DNA of 53,376 bases from Chromera velia (lineage: Eukaryota). The notes under the pieces are model-generated. The model ran no database searches and was not told the DNA's origin. It saw only the letters and a program-made list of their open reading frames with translations. The stretch covers positions 1 to 53,376 of the forward strand of contig JAHBMJ010000231.1 in the NCBI GenBank assembly GCA_018398765.1, written 5' to 3'. Each line of letters starts with the position of its first letter. The first letter of the stretch is position 1. Of this stretch, positions 24,401 through 35,429 are shown in pieces. A program made the translations under genes and the position numbers.

Positions 24401-27364
24401 TCTCTAACCTTCTTAGACCTATCAAGAGGGATGGGGTCAACATTCCCTACGGTGTAACCCGGCAGTGGGGTAGTTGAAGAAAGGGGAGTGCGACCACGCT
24501 GACGAGATGCTCTTTAACATCCGTCAGTTATGGCCTGATGTTTGCGTCTGTAGGGATAGGAGGAGGAGACACTACAGCGTGAGTCTCTCAGCAGAGCACC
24601 CATGGGAGTTTATAGGTAGTCGGCTGCCGAGTGAGTATCACTGGACGTAGTTTGCTTCTCTCTCGGTCGGGAGAGTCTCAGAGAGAAACCTATACTACAA
24701 CCCAGTGGAGAGCACCTACCGTCTCCACCCGTATGGGCTGGGCCAGTCCGCTGCAAGGGGGGCAGGGAGTGACTCTTCCCCCTACTGCCCAATGCTGTTT
24801 GCCTATCCGAACGATCAGTGGGAGATCCTCCAAAAGCAAAGGAGCACCCTCCGGGCTGACTATGACCCTGACGTTCTCGCTGCAGAAATGCGAGCAAGAC
24901 TCCGCCCTGACCGCTCTAAGAGGTGGAAGATCTATAAGCGGAGGATGGAGAGGTTTTCTCATGATCCTTGTAGATATCTCCTCATTGATGATATGTGCTG
25001 CGCCATCTGCAGGGACGAAAAAGGCATTTGGGCGGCAGCACACAATACGGAGGACCACTTTGACCGAGGGCGTCCGGTAGCGAGGTGCGGAGAGCCACCT
25101 CACACCTGCGCTCACGCTCAGTGGGACTTCGGTTACTACTGGTTCCCCGATGTTGAGGGGCAGTGCCCCTCCGACTATGTGTTCGATGACGAGGATGAGG
25201 ATGATCCTCAGCCTCCTTCTGGGGCTGATCTTCCAGATGGGCAGGATCAGCAAGGAGGAGGAAGAGGACCTCGATCATCTCAGGACCTTGGCCCCTTAGG
25301 TGGTGGAGGTGGTCAGTTGAGGCTGAGACAGCCTCAGGGAGGTGTTAGATTGTCGAGAGGGAGGCAGTCGATGGATGGGGGTGTACAGCTCATAGGGTTC
25401 ACTGACTGTGCATTCTTCAACCTATATATAAGGGTCAGGGAGGGGATGGCAGTGTTTGTGGGGTCAAGGATCCTCCCGGACGGGGGGACCCATAAGTCTT
25501 CCTTCAGAGACGTCTCAGAGGCGTTGTGGGGGAAGAAGGTGAGGTTTCAGGTGGAGGAGAAGCCTTCAGGAGGAAAGGCAGATAAGGAAAGGGGCAGGAG
25601 GAAGGAAAAGGTTCAGAGGTCGCGGGTGTTGGACCAGGAGGAAGGAGGATCCCTTTGCTGCCCGATAGAAGAGTCGGATGAGGAAAGTCCATTGATCCTG
25701 CCGGAAGCTGGATCTTGTGGGTGGGAGGGCAGGCCTCCGCCTCCCCGTGTTCATTGTGCATAGGAGACAGGGCCGATGGACGGTCCTGAGCACGATAGGG
25801 CGGTCAGGGAGACTATCCACCCTAATGGCTCAGGTCTTGAGTACTATGGGGAGGTAGGTTTTGGTCTGGTCCACCCGTAGAACAGGGATTGGGAACCTCT
25901 CCCGAAGAAGTGGGAGGGCAAGGAGGTCATGCACTGGAGGAAGGTGGAGTATTGTCCGTGGAAGTACTACCCTGATAAGGGGCCCTATGGGTATGCGTCT
26001 CTGTCAATCGCCCATTTTGAGCCAGTCTTTGGCACCTCGGAGGTGTTCACCCCTCATTCAGGTCCGGATGTGTTCCCTCTTGTGTTCCCTCCCATCAGCA
26101 CCAACCGCCGGCGGGGCGCTAGGTTGGAGGCTGTAAGAGAGGATAACCCAGGGCATAAATACACCAACCCGGATGGCAGTCTGAAACCCCGCCATCTGGA
26201 CCAAACCTTCTGGTGGGCGCTCCCTCAGGTGTCTGCAGCTGGGGCTGCCATGAGGGATATGTACAGATTCACGTGGAAAGGGGCTCCGGAAGTCACTGGT
26301 CAGCACTTCACCACAGAAGAGCTGTAGCAGATTAAGTTCCGAAACCGCTACCAGCAGGTCTCACCTAGCCTGCATAGTTAGGAGAGAGGAACGTCCTCTC
26401 CCTACACGGGCCTGATTGTCGACCCTCGGTCTTACTCCCACACGACTCGTGGACGTGTGTTTGCAAACCCTGCTGCTGGGCAGCCATCCCCACCTAGTCC
26501 TGCCATGTTCGTCCCATCCAATGTTGACTTTGTTGACATGTTAGAAAGAGAGGTGGGAGGACCGTGGCAAAGTGACTGGGATGAGCGGGTGGACTCTGCG
26601 GGAGTGACCAATCCGTTCGCGTCGTTGATGGGGAATCCCCTGGTCCCCAGTGCAGACGAGCTGCATCGAGCTCAGGCCTAGGCTCAGGCATCCTGGGTTT
26701 CGAAAAGGGCTGCGGTGGATAGAAGGGGGGAGGTGGAGGCCGTTCTGGTATCAAGGAATTCGGCACAAAAGATCGGCGTGTCTACACTCTATCCAGACCC
26801 CAACTCCGCCCATCTCCGTGACTTCAAGGTGGGTTACCTTGATGGCATAGTGAGGAAGAGGGACGTCCTCGAGTACTTCGATTTGGTTGATGGACGCATA
26901 CCTAAGGGTGTGTATGGGAGGCTCACCCATACCTCTCAGATCCCACGTCTACTACCAGATCGAATGCCGAGGGAGGAGAGAGTTCAACGGGTCGAGGAGC
27001 CTAATGACGTTGACATCGTCCCCCAGGAAGTGGGGGAACAAGCCCCTCACGGGGATATGAATGGAGAGGTCACCGAAGAATCCAAGGTTATTGTCCTGAT
27101 GAGGTGAAGGACAGGGAGGTGAAGGACAGGGAGGTGTTGATTGCTTTAGGGGGAGGGTTTCTGCCACCAGAGGGGTTAGGGAAGGCAGTAAGGGCAGCAA
27201 ACCCCCTCCGCAGGGAGTGGGAAGGTCTGGTTCGCCCCCCCCACCTTCGGCCTAAGCGCAAGATGAGGTTCAGGTCTCCTGATAGGGGGGATCCTCAGAC
27301 AAAGAAGCAGCCAAAGAAGTTAGAGGGGATAAGGAAGTCCTAGAAGAGGTCTTACAGGAGGAAG

Positions 27365-29247
27365 GTGAAGGCTTTCTTTGCCAACACCCTCAGGGTCCTC
27401 CGAATTGATACTCAGAAGGAGGCTTCCTCCTCCTCTGAGAATGAGAAGGAGGGGGCTGCCGGGACAGGTAGTGGGTCTGTCACCACTCTAGCGACGGGTC
27501 CGAAGGGGGCCTGGTCGAACAAGGGGGCCCCTCGGAAGAGGGGGCCTATTCAGATGTCCGATGAAGCAGCCGAAGCAGTGAGGGGGTTTAAGAAGAGGAG
27601 TACCCAGGTGCCCGCCACGGCTGATAATGTGGCATCTGGGGCCTTTAACAAAGCATGCCTGTCTGAGTGGGCCAAGAACATTGTGGGAAACGATGTCTTT
27701 AGTAGGGAAGTCACTCGGAAGGAGGTGAAGGCCGTAGTCAAGATGGGGTGGCGCCTGACCTGGAAGGAGCAGGAGGGGAAGCCGAGGAAACTGAAGGCTC
27801 GGTTCTTCGGCAAAGGGTTCACTGACCACCAAAAGGTGGACACCTACGTGGGCATCCCTCTGCTCTGGGTCATAGCCACTATGACCCTCTTCTGTGTTTC
27901 CATAAAGTTCGATATGGATGCGGCAGACGTAACAGCAGCATTCCTGACCTCCAAGGACCACAACCGCGAGCGCATCAGGGCTCTGATCCCTGATGGCCTC
28001 CCCGTCATCCCCGAAGAGTGCCCCTTTGAGGATGTCACTGCCGCGCAATGGGCGGTCCTCTGAGAGAAGGCAAGGCAGTTTATGCCCGGAAAGATCTATC
28101 TGGTTGAGATGGGTCTTTATGGGCTACCGTGTGCTGCCGCCCTCTTTGATGCAAAGTTGTTGGGTATGCTGAAGAAGGAGGGGTTCGAGAGGGTGGAGAT
28201 GGGTTTTGCTGTCAAGCAAGACAAGCAAGGCAACACGCAGACTGTAGTTACGTCGTGGATCGACGATCTTCTTACCGGCTTGGATAAGAAGACCCTCGAT
28301 CCCCTGATGACACGCCTGTATGCCGAACTCAACTTTGGCAGCCGTGTCTCCATCGTCCCCAGCAGCACCAGGAAGTTTTCGGGGATTGACATCGAGCGGG
28401 AGCATGGGGGGGATATTGTGCTATCGCAGGAAACATACCTACAGCAGTGCAATACCGTGCAATACGGACATGCTGTAGTTTCTCCTTGGAGAGAAACGAT
28501 CCTTCCGCATGCGTGCGCTTACCCAGAAGGACATTGAGGTAGATGAGAGGGAAGAGGGAGATCCCCACTGGGAGGGTCCTTTGCGGGCCGTATTGGGCAC
28601 CCTCCAGTGAGCTATTAGGTTGAACCCCCTCCGTACCGTCTGGGCATCCATAGCAGCAAAGTCCGTCACCCACCCGACTCGGAAAGTTTTTAAAGGGGTG
28701 GTCAGACTCCTTGACATGCTGAAGGCAAGGCAGGAAGGGAGACGGTACTCATCTGTGGGGAGGATCCCCCACATTCACATTTATATGGACTGTGGCTTCC
28801 ATGCCAAAACTTACTCCGGCCGGTTAGGCTGGGTAGTCTGCATCCTTGCAGGGGAGCAGGGTATGAAAGTGGGAGAGGACCTCCTTGACAATTGGGTGCA
28901 CCACCACACAGCCTGCACCTCTAAAAAGATCTCCAGCGGCACAGCGGGGGAGCTGATGGCGGTGCAGTCATATGTGAAGCTGTGTGAAGAAGGTGGGGAG
29001 GGTGATTGCGCTAGTAGCCAAGCTCTGGAACTGCAAGCCCCCTGTCTTTATCTATATTGATTGCGGGCCTGTGTATGACCAGATGAGATCTGGGGCTACG
29101 GATTCGGATCACACCATGCAGGGGTGCCTGGATTTTTATATCCAGGAGACTAAAGCCCTTGGTGCCACCCTCCGGTGGATCCCCCGTAACCTCCAGATCG
29201 CCAACGTCCTTACCAAGTATGCTTGGTGGGGAGGAGAGCCGGCATGA
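27365..29247 (+). pseudogene. Copia-type reverse transcriptase (RVT_2-like) and RNase H
   Basis: RT: WRLTWK...KLKARFFGKGF, ADVTAAFL, GLYGL, SWIDDLL, FSGIDI, LSQETY. RNase H: IYMDCGF, SSGTAGELMA, IYIDCGP, WIPRNLQIANVLTK. Confidence 0.92.
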
Positions 29248-29799
29248 GGTCAGGTAGTTCCAGTAAGCCCCTGCGGGTTTGGCGGGGGGTTCTCGCACTA
29301 TGTAGGAAAGAAAGGACTAATGGAAAGGGGGCGGGGGAATTGAAGTTAGATTGAGGCTGCCATCACACGAATGATGGAGTACCGGCCTTCTACATTCAGT
29401 CATGCCCGCTTGCCTTTTCTCCCCAATGGGTGGTAAAACCTGTATGGCAGCCTGTTGAAAGGAAATAAAGGAATGAATGACCGGTATGGACAGTTCCTCC
29501 CTTTGTTTCTATCCAATAGGTCTACTGTGTTTTCCGTGATCAGGGGGGAAAGAATGATGGTAACGGAAAGGGCGCATGCCTCAGTGAGGCATGGGGGGAA
29601 GGATAAAGGGAATGAGGATCTCTTTATGTTCCGTCCCTCCCTCCCGGCCCTATGCGTCTGCATACGTGACTCGATGCGTGTTCGACGTTGTACTGTTGTG
29701 AGAAGTTGAAGTGGTGTCAGAATCCCACACGTCGCTCCTCAGTGAACCAGCTCGGGGGTGGAGGTCTGGTTGAGAGCTAGGCCCGGTGAGCGCAGACTC

Positions 29800-29810
29800 G
29801 TGTGGGGGTA
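29800..29810 (+). promoter_or_regulatory. Short G-rich tract in polypurine-tract position (GTGTGGGGGTA)
   Basis: Directly abuts the 3' LTR start. Confidence 0.45.
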
Positions 29811-30394
29811 TGTGAATCCGCAGGATCGGGGGGGCACGACCAGCACCACCGGCCTGGGGAGGCACGCCGTGCAAGAGAGTACCTGGGCGGGGCGAGCAGG
29901 ACAGGAGAGTCTCGCGCGGGACTCTGATGCACGTATTTCAAGATAGCCAGCGGTTCCGGCACTGGAATACATCTTGCACGGTCCGGGCCAACATGACGTG
30001 TACGCGGCTTGCAATGGATGGTAGTACAGCTAGCGGCCCAGTCGGGGTCCACTAGCTGGTAGGTGTGTGTTACGGGAAATTCATGGAAGGAATTTCCCAG
30101 GCGGTCAGACAGAAGTAAAGACAGATGGAAGTATGGACCGATAGCACTAGCGTGGTTCGTCATACCTTATTTGTTCTGTGTAAAAAGCTTCTGTCAGCCC
30201 CTATTCTCATCCCTAAAGGTCGTCTAGGGATAAGGAATTCTTGTGTGAGATTTTAGAGCCAGACTGGCTCAAGGTTGCACTGTCTAAGTCTCTGGGCAGT
30301 GGAGAAATCAGTCTCGGTCCGAAATAAGCCACTTATGTCTGGAGGAGGAACCTGACTCGAATAGAGAACGTGCAGGTGCGTTCATATTTCTACT
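29811..30394 (+). repeat. 3' LTR
   Basis: TGTGAATCCG...TATTTCTACT followed by TSD AGAAG. Confidence 0.92.
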
Positions 30395-32467
30395 AGAAGA
30401 GGGAGAGGAAAAAGAAGAAGAAGAAGAAGAAGAAGAAGGAGAAAAAGAGGAAAAAGGAGAAGAAGAAAAGGAAAAAGAGGATAAAAGATCCCCCGGATGG
30501 AGTGGTCCTTCCCCTCCCTCCCTTCTTTATCCGTTCTCACCCTTGTTTTTGCCCACATCAGGACCAGGAGAAGGGGAAGAGAAGAAAAAAGCAGCAGAGG
30601 CAGGAGAAGGAGGGAGAGGTGGGGGAGAAGAGGAAGGTGAGATGAAGTGCTGTGGATTGGAAGGTTTGATGTTTGTCCCCTTCCTTCTGTCATTCATTCT
30701 TTTCTGTCCCCTGTCCTTCTGGTCGTGGCTCTCTCCTGCACTCTCCTGCCTACAAAAAGAAGAAGGATATAAAATGCAGTCATCATCAAGTGCAAGAGGA
30801 GCAAAGTATGAAACAAAGGGCTCTTTCTTCTCAGACTGAGGAGAAAGAGAGGACAAAGGGTTCCTTTTATTCTTTAACTTCTTACCGCCCTCTTTACCGG
30901 GGTGAAGGGTTGCTCATGCACAGTGACCTGCATAAGAGCCTCCACCTCATCACAAGAAAGGAATCCGTCCTTCACAGCAGGGGGATCAGCACAAGGGGGA
31001 GAGGGGAGAAGTGTACTAATGCCTATCTATATCTCTGTCTATCTGATGCCTGCCTTTACCTCTTTCTGCCTGTCTAACCTTTCCTTTCGTTTTTTTAAAT
31101 CCTTCAGTCAACGAGGCTTTCTTAGCAATATCATAATAAGAAAAGAGGGGGGGAGAAGAATCGGTAGAGTGGAAAGAAGAAGCAGAAGGCAGCGGGGGAG
31201 GGGAATATGGAGGAACAAAAAAGAAATTCAGGCACCGACCTCCTTCGATTCCCCCCTCCCTCCCCCCTTTCCCGACCCCTTACCATCTCCCTGGCCTGAG
31301 ACAGCGGACGAGGAGGAAGAGGAGGCGGCAGGTCTGTCCCCTGGCTAGACCTCCCCCTGCTCCTCGAGAAAGTCATCTCTTTCTCTCCTTCTTTCTTCTT
31401 CCCAGTGCACTTCTTCTGCTCTTCTGGAGTCTTCTTAGTGCCAGCAAGGACCATCCCTCCCTCCTTGACACTGTAGACATACCCCCCCTCAACGACCTCT
31501 CCTTCTTCCTTCTCTTCTTCCATCTCCCCCGCTGTCGAGTGCCTCTTGTTGGGGGGGGTATCCCATCTGAAGCCTCTTCCTTTCTTCTGCTTCTTGCCTC
31601 TAAGAGATGAAGAGGGGAAGAGGGAGAGAGCCTGCGAGGGAGAAGGAGGAAGAGACCCCGGAAGGGTCACAGGCCCCTCGTCGAGGATTGATCCCCCGAA
31701 ATTGGAGTCAGAATCGCTGACGAGGTCCTCGAGTCCTTGTGTCCGTTGTGGGGGGGCTGCAGGGGTCACAGAACGATGAAACGAAGCCAAGAAGAAGGAA
31801 CGAACAGGAGAAGTTGCGCCCTCCCCTTTCTTTCCTTTCTTGCCCCTGCTCTTTCTACCCTCCCCCTCCGTACCCCCCCCGGCATCCTTGATACCCCAGC
31901 TCCATTATCATCGGGGGCTCTCTGCGGTAGTGACCCCTGTCTGATCATAGTGTCCGACCCCGCCTCCCCCCTCGGAGAGATAGGGGACACCCGGGGGAGG
32001 GAAAAAGACTGCTGCTGCTGCTGCTGCTGCTGCTTTATGGGCCCTGGGATGTCAATTTGCATGTGTGACTCCGGAGTTGCAATGGAGAACTTCTGCACCT
32101 TCGCATCAGGAGTGGCTTTCTCTAGTCTAGCCAGCCCCTTTATTTCTGCCCTCCCTTCTATGTCGGACTTCTCGCTCCCCTTCGGCTGCCTTCCACGCTT
32201 TTCAGCAGGGGCTCGGTCTTCTAGGGCTGTCTCTGCCGGGACCCGGACTCCTTGTGTCTTGGCTTTGGCCTCTCTTCTCTCTATGTCCCTGTCCCTCTCC
32301 CTCCTTCCATTCACCTTCTTCCCAGAGCCCTCCACTCCAGTCATCTTCATGTCCCCCGGTTCCATCCCCTCATTCCCCTTCCCTCTCATCCCCCCCTGTG
32401 GTCCCCCCTCCGCCGGCCGGAGTGTCGAGAAGGAAGAAAAAGAAGAAGAAGAAGAAGAAGAAGAAGA

Positions 32468-32581
32468 GGTGAGGCTGATGATGGCGTTCACAACATCCCT
32501 CCCTTCATTCCTTAGTGCCTGACTCGCCGCCTCGCTGTCTACTCTTGTCTGACCCATAACAAGGCGTATGTTTTCTTCTAT
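32468..32581 (-). pseudogene. NAC-alpha/HYPK-type UBA-like domain
   Basis: IEENIRLVMGQTRVDSEAASQALRNEGRDVVNAIISLT versus the NAC-alpha C-terminal pattern E.DIELVM.QA.VSR.KA..AL.....DIVNAIM.LT. Confidence 0.75.
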
Positions 32582-33411
32582 CCGTCTCTCCGCTCTCTCT
32601 GCTCTCTCTCTCTGCCTCTCGGCGTCTACATCCCCCATCACCATATCCGTTTCCATCCCTCTTCCCTTCCCCCCCCTTGTTTTCTTCTTCTTTTTCTTTT
32701 TTTTCTTTTCTCCCCCTTCTGGAGCCGGAGCGGAGGACCAAAGGATGGCAGGATCTTTGAACTTACCCCCCACCCCTTCCTCCCCTTTCCCTCCCTCTCT
32801 CCCTCCCTCCCTCTCCCCCCCAGGGCCGAATTTATATACCGAGTGGCTCCTCCCCGGTGTTCTAGGTAAGTCCCGCCCCCTTTTATGCACTCAACTTCAT
32901 TCCATCTCCCCCCATGCACGGGTGGAGGGGGATGGATGACAAAGGGAGAGTGGAATGACTCTCCGCCTCTAGACTGAACTTCCCCAACCCCATGTTCCCT
33001 TCTATTCCCTGTAGCACCCCCCCGAAGGCCCTGCAGAACACCGGGAATCTGAATCCCCAAGCTGCCCCTACATGGATTCTGAATAACCCCCCCCCCTCCT
33101 ACCCCCATCTCCCCCCCCTACCACTTCGGAGGTTCCCCCCTCGGTTCTTGCCCCTCCAAGTCGGTAGACGGGGCTGAGCCTCCCGGAGGTTCCCACAAAG
33201 GCCGAGCCCCGTCTGGTCCGTGCTGTACCGTAGAGAATTTTAAGGACATAGATTGTCCTCTCACCCTCTCTCCCCCCCCAGAGGGGGCATTCACTCGGGT
33301 CACAACAGATTGGGTCCTGTGAGTTATCCTGGGAGCCTGCAGAGAGGAGGGAAGAAACGATGAGGGGAACAGAGGAGCGTTTGCAACCCTCTCCAGGGTG
33401 GGAGACTGAGC

Positions 33412-34023
33412 CTAACCCGGAGGGGGATGCAAACGTCCTCTGTTAAAATTGGGGGCATGTGTACGCTTACTTGAATCATCCGCGTCTGCATTGGAAGCCC
33501 CGCCCGTCCTCTTCATACCCCTCCGTATCCAAAATCGAACGCCCCCGAGGTGTTCGCATCGGATCGAAATGCCAAAACCTACAGTCTCCTCCTCAAAACA
33601 ATCCAGGAAGGTCTGAGCTGCAGCAGCATCTCTGAAGATAAGAATGCCACCCCTCCAGAAAGAGACAAACTTCTTGATGATGCTGAAAGGAAGCTCGAAT
33701 CCAGTAATAAAGTGGTACAGCCTGGAGCCCTCCCTGAGCTGCTCTGTATCCCTCTCTCTCTTCTCTTCGGGGGAGGAAGGAGGCCTGTCAGGAAACTCAA
33801 TTCCCTCCACCACCCACGCACACGGATCAAAAACCATACCTTGGAGATGCGAGACTTCCGTAGCGAGTCTCTGAATCTCTCTCCCCTGCCTCTCCAAGGC
33901 ATCCTCCATCTGACCCATTCTTTCCTCGGCCTCCCCTTTGGGCATGAAGGTTCTCCCCAGGGTGACGACTTGTCTGCCGAGAGCGGACTCGAGATCCTCA
34001 AGGGTCACCGGTGTGCGGGACAT
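33412..34023 (-). pseudogene. LINE ORF1-like protein (coiled coil followed by RRM-like segment)
   Basis: Heptad-like EERMGQMEDALERQGREIQRLATEVSHLQ, then WVVEGIEF (comparable to the L1 ORF1p 'I.GIPE' strand) and GILIFRDAAAAQTFL. Confidence 0.45.
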
Positions 34024-34349
34024 TATGGAGATGGAGGAGGAGAGTGACCAAAAAAGAAGATAAAGCCACAAAGGAAGACTAAAAAAGTGGTTCAAAAGAA
34101 CATGCTATAGTAGCTGAACGGAACCTGGGAGAACGCGAAAGGCGAAGGCTATCTATTTCATTGACTCGATTTGATAATGCTGGCACTTGAAAATTTCTAG
34201 TGCTGTATCGGTTGCGCAAGGCCCCGATCTGGCGCGGCGCCTCCAGGTTTCGCTGAAGAGAGGATCGCGTCCCTCCCACGCACCTCTAGTCTTACCTCAC
34301 TGGACAGGGCCGCATCCCTCTTATCTCTGGTCCTTCTTGTTTTTATGTT

Positions 34350-35285
34350 ATGACAATGTTATTTAGATTGAAAGTCGGCCTCAGGCTATGTTCATTTTCA
34401 ATCTGAAAACGTAGATATTCATAACTTTTGAACCAAAAAGAATTAGAAGCTGAAATTAAGACAGTAAAACCTTCTTACATTATATAAGTTACATACACCT
34501 TTGATACTAGAAACAAGTTTTTTAATACTATAGAAAAAAAATGTGTTGTATTATGGTAATGTTATTTAGATTGAAAGTCAGGCTCAGGTTAGGATTACTT
34601 AGTAGGTATGATAATTTTAGCTTTTGAACCAAAAAGAAATAGAAGCTGAAATTACAAGAGTAAAGCCTTCTTATACATGCATCTTTGATACTATATACGA
34701 CCTTAGGCTATACACTAGACTATAAAAACCAGTATACAAACAGGTTTTTTAATATTATAGAATAAAAAACTGTTAATTATATTATGGTATTAATTGTTAT
34801 ATGTAGATTGAAAGTGATGTTACGATTACTAAGTATAGCTGCATTCACTTTCAATCTCAAAAAGTAGATCGATATTCGTAATTTTTGAACCAAAAAGAAT
34901 TAGAAGCTGAAATTAAGATAGTAAAACCTTCTTAGATACACCTTTGGTACTAGAAAGTTAGTAGAAACAGCTAGCTTTTATAATACTAGAAAAAAAAAGT
35001 GTTATATTATGGTAATACTATTTATAGATTGAAAGTCAGGCTCAGGCTAGGATTACTAGGTATAGCTACGTTCATTTTTAATCTAAAAAAGTAAATATTC
35101 ATAACTTTTGAACCAAAAAGAATTAAAAGATGAAATCAAAACAAGAAAGCTTTTTTATATACACCTTTAAAACTAAAAACAGGTTTTTCAATACTAGAAA
35201 AAAATGTGTTATATGTTATGGTATTGCTATATCTAGATTGAACTTGAAAGTGAGGCTCAGGCTAGGATCACTAGGTATAATTACT
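34350..35285. repeat. AT-rich tandem repeat, unit about 200-240 bp, about 4.3 diverged copies
   Basis: Recurrent TAGATTGAAAGT, TTTTGAACCAAAAAGAA, GCTGAAATTA and AATACTA..GAAAAAAA blocks starting near 34360, 34565, 34800, 35025 and 35235. Confidence 0.85.
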
Positions 35286-35429
35286 TTTTGGTAGGAGTTT
35301 CTCTTGATCGAATTAGAAAGAGTAAGACAGTGACACTGGGGGTGAACAGACGTCCAATCTATACCTCTCAAAAACTCCCAAAACCGCAAGGCCAGCGACT
35401 TTCCCTGTAAAACGCCCCCTCTGCTTGCA

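Larger units (their letters stand above)
15484..30394 (+). mobile_element. Ty1/copia LTR retrotransposon, full length (14.9 kb), decayed
   Basis: Paired LTRs, 5-bp TSD AGAAG (15479-15483 and 30395-30399), PBS-like site and purine tract. Domain order gag, PR?, IN, RT, RNase H. Many premature stops and frameshifts. Confidence 0.93.
30395..34330 (-). mobile_element. Upstream part of the decayed LINE-like element (ORF1-like region, UBA-like motif, low-complexity ORFs)
   Basis: Chain of minus-strand ORFs (34023-33412, 33303-33118 in the same frame, 32890-31766, 31790-31131) broken by stops and homopolymer frameshifts. Joined to 13540-15483 by the copia TSD and by a shared internal repeat. Confidence 0.55.

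Noticed and set aside
27101..27136. 15-bp tandem duplication GAGGTGAAGGACAGG
   Set aside because: Short in-frame slippage within a linker, not informative.
15484..30394. Ty3/gypsy or retrovirus classification
   Set aside because: Integrase precedes RT, and the RT/RNase H motifs (KARF, LYGL, final LTK) are copia-type.
33337..33418. Intron in the ORF1-like region
   Set aside because: The frame continues without splicing through a single TAG, and donor and acceptor phases do not match that frame.
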